The notes under the pieces were generated by a model, which saw only the letters and a program-made list of their open reading frames with translations, ran no database searches and was not told the DNA's origin. From NCBI GenBank assembly GCA_038523235.1, contig JBCBJQ010000066.1:1-32241 (forward strand): DNA of 32,241 bases, in the 5' to 3' direction. Below are positions 1 through 7,381 of the stretch, piece by piece (position 1 is the stretch's first letter; every line of letters starts with the position of its first letter). The stretch is from Cyanobacteria bacterium J06626_4 (lineage in GTDB: Bacteria > Cyanobacteriota > Cyanobacteriia > Phormidesmidales > Phormidesmidaceae). Made by a program: the position numbers and the translations under genes.

Positions 1-255
1 GACTCGGCATAACTGCTTTGAATAGTTTTTGCAGAAGGACAAAGATAGCTTGCTTTTCTCTTTTTTTAAAAAATTTTTTAATTTCTCAAAGCCTTGCCGT
101 CTGGTCATCCTGTCCACTATAGAGAGACCTAAATACAGTTTCAACGGAAAGAAAATATTAAGATTCCGAATTTCTTCGTGTAGAATCGTGACAACTAATT
201 TCAAGGCGCACGCTATTTTCTTTGAAACACCGACAAACTCGTCATTTGACAGGAT

Positions 256-271
256 TGTATAGCGAACTACA
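256..271. promoter_or_regulatory. Putative NtcA-binding site upstream of the LodA-like cluster
   Basis: TGTATAGCGAACTACA matches extended TGTA-N8-TACA, about 82 bp upstream of ATG 354; no canonical -10 box seen 22 nt downstream. Confidence 0.5.
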
Positions 272-353
272 CTATTCATTCTGTTGTCGGCAGCTTCGAT
301 AAAACCTCCCGAAACTGAACACTCAATCAAGGTAAATCTGAGCCTTAACTCAT

Positions 354-2021
354 ATGAAGAAAGTCACCTTGTTGGAAATTTACTTCCTGCCCCCCATGGC
401 GATGGCCCGTCTGGGCAATTCAGAGATACCGCTAGAAGCCTACTCCTGGGAGGAAGATTTGCGGGCGCACAGCGCCTGTCAAACCATCATTCGTCCCCAG
501 GTAAGTTTTGGGGTGCGGTCGGATGGCTCATTAGAGGCTTATCTACCCCAAGAAATCCGCTTTAAAGATGACGGCAAGATTCGTCCGGTAGCGCCATTTT
601 TCGAATTGTGGGCCGATGTTTTGGTGGCGGGTGAGGGGCAGCAACAAGTGCCGGTGACATTGGAGTTACTGGCTGACTTGGGCGTCTCTTTGGAGCAGCA
701 TCTGCTTATTCGCGCCCATGCTGCCAACACCAAAGCGTCGCGACGGGTAAAAGACCCGGCTTGTAGCTTTGGGGCCAGACTCACGATTCGCGGCGACGAC
801 CACGCCAAGCATAATCTTTTGGCCGTCAGTCCCTCGTTCCCCGAGCGGGAACCGCTGGTGTATGAGGATGCCCCGATCTCCTTGGGCCATGTGCAGCTCA
901 TCCGCCCGGTTGCCGGTCAGTCGCTGGAGCAAGACTTGAGCTGTGTGCGAGTGCGGTTCACCCCAGCCAAAGGGGAAGTTTATGGCTCGACTGAGGCGAC
1001 GATGGGGGCAGTATCACCGCTGGAGCCTGGTCGGCAACTGCCTTACGCTTCGATCGCGGCGCGGATGCATGAGATTGTGCCGGCAGCCAATCGGATTTTG
1101 AATCCCCATACGCCCTGGTCAGAATACATCATGGACAGCGGCATGGCGGATGATCCGCAGCCGTCCGACAGCTATGACGGGGCGAACGTGGGCGAGAGCA
1201 TTTGCTGGGGCACCGTCGACGATACCTGTGAAATTGTTCTTTATGCCGAGTTAACGGTCAAGGGACAGCGCTTTACGGCATCAACGCGGGCTTTTGTGGC
1301 ACCCCCCGATTATGCGCCCGATCGCCGTCCCTTCTTCTCGATGGCGGATGAACTAGCCGATCGTGAGCTGTCTCCGGTGGAAATTACGGCAGAGACCGCT
1401 GAACTCACCGCCCTGGAAGTGCACGATTTGTTCAAGCGCATTTTTGAGACGACGAATCTGCTGAATCTCGATGCTTCTCGTGATTACCTGATTCGCGAAA
1501 ATTTGAAGCGCGCCCCGGTGGATAACTGGCAGAGCCCGCCTCACATTGGGCGTGAGGGCATGACCAAAGCTGACAAACCCTTATCGCGTTTGTCGGGCGA
1601 CGTGCTCAATGATGGCTTAAGCGATCAGTCTCAGGGGCACAGTCGGCTGCCATATACCGATATGAGCGCCCATGCCCACGGCTCGTTTACCAGCCTCGAC
1701 TACCTGATTACGTTTCTCAAAATGCGGGGCGATCGCGTCCGCCAGATGATCCGTCCCCCCTTTGGCAGCTTCAAGCAGTTGCCCGCTGAACCCGCCGCCG
1801 ACTCGCACCCCGAATTTCGGGATCCGCGCGTTTTCCGCGACACCCTGCATGATATGCGGATGCCTCCCTACATGCGCGATTCGGATCGGGAGCCGCTGTC
1901 GCTCACCCGCCGACAGTACCAGACCTTGATGACCTTTTTGACCTTCTTAGAGCAACAAGAAGGTAACGCTGAGTCTACCGCCCAGTCCCCCGTCACACCT
2001 GCTTCGGAGATGCCATCATGA
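354..2021 (+). CDS. LodA/GoxA-like quinoprotein oxidase, N-terminal subunit (split gene)
   Basis: 555 aa; motifs in LodA-family order: PPMAMARLGNS (cf. HPxIGxARxGN), AANTKA, WGTVDDTC (cf. WxDDxxDG), VAPPDYAP, MP...LTRRQY; lacks the cofactor-bearing C-terminal part. Confidence 0.7.
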   Translation: MKKVTLLEIYFLPPMAMARLGNSEIPLEAYSWEEDLRAHSACQTIIRPQVSFGVRSDGSLEAYLPQEIRFKDDGKIRPVAPFFELWADVLVAGEGQQQVPVTLELLADLGVSLEQHLLIRAHAANTKASRRVKDPACSFGARLTIRGDDHAKHNLLAVSPSFPEREPLVYEDAPISLGHVQLIRPVAGQSLEQDLSCVRVRFTPAKGEVYGSTEATMGAVSPLEPGRQLPYASIAARMHEIVPAANRILNPHTPWSEYIMDSGMADDPQPSDSYDGANVGESICWGTVDDTCEIVLYAELTVKGQRFTASTRAFVAPPDYAPDRRPFFSMADELADRELSPVEITAETAELTALEVHDLFKRIFETTNLLNLDASRDYLIRENLKRAPVDNWQSPPHIGREGMTKADKPLSRLSGDVLNDGLSDQSQGHSRLPYTDMSAHAHGSFTSLDYLITFLKMRGDRVRQMIRPPFGSFKQLPAEPAADSHPEFRDPRVFRDTLHDMRMPPYMRDSDREPLSLTRRQYQTLMTFLTFLEQQEGNAESTAQSPVTPASEMPS

Positions 2022-2998
2022 TGTCAGAACAACCGAAAATCTTTCCTCGCAATCTCACGGCCCGTTTGGCCTACCAAGCGGCGGGCAATCCGGTCTCGAG
2101 CCGGTTAGAAGATGAAGTAGGCAACTGTTTTCCTGGCCTCGGCATCGATATTCGTAATCTGGATCGGCGCTTTTTTCCCGGCCTGGTCTTCAACTTCGCG
2201 GGCCGCGAGCACCGCGAACTCGACCCCGAAATCCCCAATCTGTACGGGGCGCGTCTGGTATCCGTCGAGGATGAGTGCGATGCCGATTTGCATCAGTCTA
2301 ATCCGACGGCGATCGCTCTGCTGGCCGTCTTTCATAGCCCTCAAGGCCGCGAACTGCGTCAGGGTGAGTGGTTTATCGACACGCTCGAGCAAGCCGGAAA
2401 AACCATTGCCCTCTACGACCGCAACTCAAAGGGCGAGCGGATTCCGATGGATGGAATGGCCGTTTGGCGGATTGTGCGGAGCTTGAGCCCTGGCCACGTT
2501 GGCCTGACGCTTATTCGACGCGACCTGACCGAGGCGGATGGACAACATCCCACTATTACTCTCAACGGCTGGCGGCGGCAGTTTGTCGATCCCAAAACCG
2601 GCACGCTCAATGAGGTGTATCAGCCCGGCGAACTGGTGCAAAGCTTGTGCTCGCCTTGGCAACACGATATGCGCGACTGCGCCTGCATGTATTGGGCTTC
2701 TAATCGGCCTGACATTGTGTTTGCTGAGGTGCCGGCCAAAACCGAAGAAGAGCTGCTGGAATCGGAAGATGCCAACTTGCGGTTAGATTGGCTCCGCAGC
2801 GATCGCGAAGCAACCGGTCGCGTGTTTGCGCCCAATTCCTATCGCAAACTTCGCCAGTATCAAATGGATAACCACGAAATCAACAAGCGCTGGACTGAGT
2901 TGAACTTTGCGCTTGAAAGTCGTGAGATTAGCGAGACCTATACGCCGCCTGCGCTGGAGTCGCCAGACCCTGATGAAACCCATCAAGATCTGAATTAG
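2018..2998 (+). CDS. LodA/GoxA-like C-terminal (putative CTQ-bearing) subunit
   Basis: 326 aa; ATGA overlap with upstream stop, GGAG at 2006-2009; LEDEVGNCFPG and PGELVQSLCSPWQHDMRDCACMYWASNRPD resemble LodA-family CxGxxFxPG and PGxLTxxMxxPWQxDFxxC...WWPxxRP motifs. Confidence 0.7.
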   Translation: MMSEQPKIFPRNLTARLAYQAAGNPVSSRLEDEVGNCFPGLGIDIRNLDRRFFPGLVFNFAGREHRELDPEIPNLYGARLVSVEDECDADLHQSNPTAIALLAVFHSPQGRELRQGEWFIDTLEQAGKTIALYDRNSKGERIPMDGMAVWRIVRSLSPGHVGLTLIRRDLTEADGQHPTITLNGWRRQFVDPKTGTLNEVYQPGELVQSLCSPWQHDMRDCACMYWASNRPDIVFAEVPAKTEEELLESEDANLRLDWLRSDREATGRVFAPNSYRKLRQYQMDNHEINKRWTELNFALESREISETYTPPALESPDPDETHQDLN

Positions 2999-3032
2999 CG
3001 CTCGCGACGCTAGAGGATGACTGATCATCCTG

Positions 3033-3071
3033 GCTTCAACTATTTGGACAGGGTTGAAGCGCTCGTTTTTC
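3033..3071 (+). terminator. Terminator/attenuator-like hairpin inside the cluster
   Basis: GCTTCAAC(3033-3040)...GTTGAAGC(3053-3060) stem followed by GCTCGTTTTTT; preceded by AGGATGA/TCATCCT stem (3014-3031). Confidence 0.4.
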
Positions 3072-3238
3072 AAGTTTCCGCGAGTAATTCTTAAATCAGG
3101 AACAACCGTAGGGCTGACCTCTGGCCCCGCATTTCACCGCTTGGGGGCCGTTAATCTGGTCTCCTGAACGGTCATAGCTGGGGCCCAAGAGCGGCCACTG
3201 CACGAGTCTGTAAGCGCTTATTTTTTGAGGAAAATTTT

Positions 3239-4186
3239 GTGTTAGAAAATCTAGATCTTTCCGTCTTAGAAAAACAGTTTGAGCCGGTTTCTGAGGTGCC
3301 GGAAAACGAGTTTTACACCAATCCCGAAGACTTGGCTCAGATCTTACGAGAGCATTTAATTCCACTGGAATTAACCCTCTCTTTGGAATATCTTTACGCC
3401 TATTTTTCCTTGCGCCATGCCGAAGAAGTGACGGCAGAGCAGACCCAATTTCCGTCCCTGGCCGAGGATTTGAGCTTTGTTCGCCGTACCCTGCTCATGA
3501 TCAGCGTGGGTGAAATGACCCACTATCGCTGGGCTCATCAATTACTGTGGCTGTTGCAGGACGAGGGCCTCGTGGCGCCCGTTACCGATCCTGGTATTCA
3601 GCTGGCGCAAAGGGTGCCTCGTCCTGATGAATCAGGCCCAGCCCATCGCGGCTTTAGAAACGCGGCGCTGCGCCCCTTGACCCCCGAGTTCTTAGCCGAT
3701 CTGATTGCCGTGGAGCGACCGAGTGGGTATATCGACGGCGCCTATGGCAAGTTGGTCAGCACGCTCCGGCAGCCCAAATATCCGCAGCATTTGTATGAGC
3801 TAGCAGCCAAAATTGATGGCGACGGCATGGGGCACTACAAAAACCTGCTTGAGGTGCAGCGAGTGCTCGATAAGTACGTGCAATTGAATGCCACCGACGC
3901 CTATCTGCGCCCGCTGCAAGTGGGCACGTTTGCGGCAACGGCTGACGCCTTAGAGCATTACCGAGAGATTTTGGTGAATGTGCAACAAACCTATGCCTCG
4001 ATTCCGCAGGGTGAATTTCGGGCGGCAGGGGCGACGGCGAGCTGCGCTCGAGACCAGATGACCTATCTGCAGGAAAAAGGGGAAGTCCTGGCCCGTCGGG
4101 GCATCGGCCTGCCCTTCTTTGCTGAGGTGGTGGCCGGAGAACAGCCCTGGTCGGGCCGCGATTTGCTCAAGTATTTGGAGGGCTAA
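3239..4186 (+). CDS. Ferritin-like domain protein (putative dimetal carboxylate site)
   Basis: 315 aa; GTG start with GAGG at 3227-3230; ELTLSLEYLYAYFSL, GEMTH (ExxH), IAVER, DGMGHY fit the ferritin-like four-helix family. Confidence 0.7.
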   Translation: MLENLDLSVLEKQFEPVSEVPENEFYTNPEDLAQILREHLIPLELTLSLEYLYAYFSLRHAEEVTAEQTQFPSLAEDLSFVRRTLLMISVGEMTHYRWAHQLLWLLQDEGLVAPVTDPGIQLAQRVPRPDESGPAHRGFRNAALRPLTPEFLADLIAVERPSGYIDGAYGKLVSTLRQPKYPQHLYELAAKIDGDGMGHYKNLLEVQRVLDKYVQLNATDAYLRPLQVGTFAATADALEHYREILVNVQQTYASIPQGEFRAAGATASCARDQMTYLQEKGEVLARRGIGLPFFAEVVAGEQPWSGRDLLKYLEG

Positions 4187-4190
4187 ACCG

Positions 4191-5579
4191 ATGAAGACTG
4201 CTCCTACGGCAACGGCAACGAACGTGCAAACACTCTATGAACAGTCAGCCCCCCGCCAGCCGCAAATTCACTTGTTTGAAACTGAGTATGGCCCACACGC
4301 GCTGATGGCGGATGGGTCGCAGGTCTATGCTGTGGCCCCTGAACTGGTAGCCGCAATGGAAGGATTAGCGGCCCCCGATGCAGCCCAAGTGAATGAGCTC
4401 TTAGCGACCTCTGGGCTGGCGTCTGAGACATCTGTCTTTATGGCCGACCTCAACCCACTGACGAATCCGCCGCTGCGGGCGCTCTCTCTGGCGATCGCCC
4501 AAAAGTGCAACCTGGGCTGTACCTACTGCTACGCCCAAGCCGGAGAGTTTGGCGATGTCGCCAAGAGCATGTCTTGGGAGGTGGCTGAAGCCGCCGTCGA
4601 GCGGCTGTTTGAAGACACCCAACCCGGCGATCGCGTCAACCTTTCCTTTATGGGGGGGGAGCCGTTAATCAATCGCCCCCTGATCTACAAAGCGACGGAA
4701 TTGGCGATGGCGATCGCCCAAGCGCGGCAGGTAAAAGTCGGGTTTGGCATTACCACCAACGGCACCTTGCTGACGGCGGCGGATGCCGACTTCTTTGAAC
4801 GCTATGGTTTTGCCGTAACGGTCAGCCTGGATGGGGTGGGAGCCACCCATGATCGCTTGCGACCCTTCAAAGGGGGCGGGGGCAGCTACGACCGGATTTT
4901 GGCGAACCTGGAGCCGTTGCTGTCGCGAGCCCGTCAGATGTCGGTGTCGGCCCGCGTCACAGTGACGCCGCAAAACCTAAACCTACAGGAAACCTTGCAA
5001 GACCTGATCGACCTGGGCTTTCACAGCGTGGGCTTTTCGCCGATGCTGAGTTCGCCAACGGGCAAAGCCGAGATGGATACCGCCGACCTGGATATCATGC
5101 TGCAGCAGATGATCGAATGTGGTCAGGAGTTTGAACGGCAAACCTTAGCCGGGCGACGTTATCCATTTTCGAACCTAACGATGGCGCTGCAGCAGATTCA
5201 TCGAGGCACCCATCGCCCTTATCCCTGTGGCGCGGGGGCCGGTTACATGGGCGTTTCGGCTGATGGCAATTTGTGGGCCTGTCACCGATTTGTCAACGAC
5301 GAAGCGGGTCTGATGGGCAATCTGGAGGATGGGCTTAATCGTGATGTCCAAAACCAGTGGCTAGCGGCCCGGCAAGTTGATCGCCAAGAGCCTTGCAAAA
5401 GCTGCTGGGCGCGTTATCTCTGCGGGGGCGGCTGTCACCATGAGGTGATTCATCGCGGTCGCCCGGCCTGTGACTACATTCGCGGCTGGCTGCACTTTTG
5501 TCTGCAGACCTACGTGCATTTGTTAGAGCAGCGGCCCGACTATTTTGCCAGTGCTCCGGCCACTCCACTCGCGTCATGA
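4191..5579 (+). CDS. Radical SAM/SPASM domain maturase (QhpD/anSME-like)
   Basis: CNLGCTYC (CxxxCxxC), FMGGEP, TTNGTLL, SLDG; SPASM CGAG...ACHRF...CKSCWARYLCGGGC...C; ATG 4191 with GGAG at 4177-4180 preferred over 4119. Confidence 0.92.
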   Translation: MKTAPTATATNVQTLYEQSAPRQPQIHLFETEYGPHALMADGSQVYAVAPELVAAMEGLAAPDAAQVNELLATSGLASETSVFMADLNPLTNPPLRALSLAIAQKCNLGCTYCYAQAGEFGDVAKSMSWEVAEAAVERLFEDTQPGDRVNLSFMGGEPLINRPLIYKATELAMAIAQARQVKVGFGITTNGTLLTAADADFFERYGFAVTVSLDGVGATHDRLRPFKGGGGSYDRILANLEPLLSRARQMSVSARVTVTPQNLNLQETLQDLIDLGFHSVGFSPMLSSPTGKAEMDTADLDIMLQQMIECGQEFERQTLAGRRYPFSNLTMALQQIHRGTHRPYPCGAGAGYMGVSADGNLWACHRFVNDEAGLMGNLEDGLNRDVQNQWLAARQVDRQEPCKSCWARYLCGGGCHHEVIHRGRPACDYIRGWLHFCLQTYVHLLEQRPDYFASAPATPLAS

Positions 5580-7042
5580 CCTCCGAGTTAGTAACCGAAA
5601 TCTGCGTGGTCGGGGGCGGCCCGGCGGGGGCAGCGATCGCGCGCCAGCTGGCGCGCCTCGGCCATCAAGTTTGCTTGGTCGAAAAAGCCACCTTCCCCCG
5701 TGCTCACATTGGGGAATCGCTGCCGCCTTCGATTTTGCCCGTGTTGGATTTGTTGGATCTGCGCCAAATAGTGGAAGCCGCTGGAGCTTGCCGTCCCGAG
5801 TCCGCGTTCATTCGCTGGTCAACGCATCTGCCCTTTGAGAAGCCCTATGACCCAGAAGCCGGGTTTCTGGTAGATCGGGGGCGGCTTGATCAGCTTTTGT
5901 TGGCGGCGGCTCAGGCGGCTGGGGTAACAGTTTTGCAACCGGCGGCGGCAGGGCGGCCCACTTCTCTCGGGCCAAGCCAGTGGACCTTGCCAGTGCGGAC
6001 GTCAGCGGGGCAAACAACGATCAACGCGCAATTTTTGATCAATGCCACCGGCAAACACAGCGGTTTTGACCGTCAAGTCCAGCATCATGCGGTCACCACA
6101 TTGGCACTTTACGGGTACTGGCGCGACACCGCCTTTCAGCCGGGTGAGTCGTACGTCGAAGCAGGGGAAAATGAATGGTTTTGGGGGGCGGCTTTGCCCG
6201 ATGGCAGCTTTAATGCCGCCGTTTTTGTCGAGGCTAAACGATATCAGGCGGCTCGCCCCCACCAGCGCACTGCCTGGTATCGTTCTTTGCTCACCCAAGC
6301 CCCCCTCTTAAAAGACTGCCTAGAGGGGCGTCTAGCCGGGCCAGTGCAGGTTTGCGATGCTTCCTTTTATCTTGCCCCCGACCCCATCGGCCCAGATTGG
6401 CTGCGGGTCGGCGATGCAGCGTTTGCCATTGATCCGTTATCGGCGCAGGGGGTACAGATGGCGTTGCTATCCGCCTTTCAGGGTGGCATTGCGGCTCATA
6501 CCTTACTCACGCAACCCGCCAAAACCGAGGCGGCCTGCGCCTTTTATCGCCATAAGATTGAGGAAACGGTGGCCCATTCAAAAGCCGCCGCCGCCTATTT
6601 CTATGCGGCGCAAAATGTTTATCCTAGCAGTCCTTTTTGGCAGCAGCGATCGCAGCCCCCGGCAGTGGCTCAGCCTGACCCTTGGCCGCAAAATGCTCGA
6701 CTGTTTGAATTGAGCGATCGCATTTGCCTATCGCCCTCGGCCCAACTGAGCACCACCCCAGTGATTCAGAACAACTCCATTCAGCTCATTCCAGCCCTCT
6801 CTCACCCCAGCTTAGAGAGTCCAGTCGCCTACTTAGGAAACGTCGAGATCGCGGCGTTGCTCAGTCTGGTGACGCCGGGTCAGACGATCTTAGACTTAGT
6901 CCAACGGTGGCGTCGCCAACAGGACTTGTCAATTTGTTGGCAAATCCTCCAGTGGTGCTGGAGTCAAGATATTCTCGTTTTAGCCGCTGTCCCGGCTCCC
7001 TCCACCGGTTTTTCTATCCCCAATCAACCGCAACTGTTATGA
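5576..7042 (+). CDS. FAD-dependent monooxygenase, tryptophan-halogenase-like (LodB/GoxB/QhpG-like quinone-biogenesis flavoprotein)
   Basis: VVGGGPAG Rossmann motif, FPRAHIGESL, VGDAAFAIDPLSAQG; ATGA-coupled to the rSAM stop (start 5576); extra C-terminal helical domain. Confidence 0.85.
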   Translation: MTSELVTEICVVGGGPAGAAIARQLARLGHQVCLVEKATFPRAHIGESLPPSILPVLDLLDLRQIVEAAGACRPESAFIRWSTHLPFEKPYDPEAGFLVDRGRLDQLLLAAAQAAGVTVLQPAAAGRPTSLGPSQWTLPVRTSAGQTTINAQFLINATGKHSGFDRQVQHHAVTTLALYGYWRDTAFQPGESYVEAGENEWFWGAALPDGSFNAAVFVEAKRYQAARPHQRTAWYRSLLTQAPLLKDCLEGRLAGPVQVCDASFYLAPDPIGPDWLRVGDAAFAIDPLSAQGVQMALLSAFQGGIAAHTLLTQPAKTEAACAFYRHKIEETVAHSKAAAAYFYAAQNVYPSSPFWQQRSQPPAVAQPDPWPQNARLFELSDRICLSPSAQLSTTPVIQNNSIQLIPALSHPSLESPVAYLGNVEIAALLSLVTPGQTILDLVQRWRRQQDLSICWQILQWCWSQDILVLAAVPAPSTGFSIPNQPQLL

Positions 7043-7215
7043 GTCTCAAACCCGAGCGAGAACGACAAATTCAACTATGGGGATGGGGGCTATTTATTGC
7101 CTCAGCGAGCTTTTTCACCATATCGAGTCTGCGCAGCGGTGATATCTACAGCGTGTTGGGCAGTTTGTTGTTTTTAGGAGCCTGTATCGTCTTTGTGATT
7201 CCCCTGTTGAAGTAG
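7039..7215 (+). CDS. Small two-TM membrane protein (58 aa)
   Basis: MSLKPERERQIQLWGWGLFIASASFFTISSLRSGDIYSVLGSLLFLGACIVFVIPLLK; ATGA overlap with the flavoprotein stop; two hydrophobic segments. Confidence 0.7.
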   Translation: MSLKPERERQIQLWGWGLFIASASFFTISSLRSGDIYSVLGSLLFLGACIVFVIPLLK

Positions 7216-7269
7216 GCTGAGCTCGATACGCACCGCTCGATAATTAGCAAGTCCTCATTAAACGATGTT

Positions 7270-7349
7270 GTAGGGGGTGTTGTGGCGACAGCCTAACGCA
7301 CCGCTAGAGTTGGCTTGGGTGCGTCACGCTAGGCGATGACACACCCTAC
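7270..7349. repeat. GTAG-type REP-like inverted repeat doublet
   Basis: GTAGGGGGTGTT...ACGCACC / GGTGCGT...ACACACCCTAC between convergent genes. Confidence 0.65.
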
Positions 7350-7381
7350 GATCACGAGGGCTTTCTACTGATCACCCGACC

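Noticed and set aside
3017..3094. 25-aa ORF MTDHPGFNYLDRVEALVFQVSASNS as a possible rSAM precursor peptide
   Set aside because: No Cys or Trp, no properly spaced RBS, and it overlaps the hairpins
4119..4190. Upstream extensions of the rSAM (4119) and flavoprotein (5498) ORFs
   Set aside because: They overlap the previous genes; RBS and ATGA coupling support 4191 and 5576
5576..7042. Tryptophan halogenase call
   Set aside because: Context with LodA-like genes and the extra C-terminal domain favour a LodB/QhpG-type role; halogenation not supported by sequence alone
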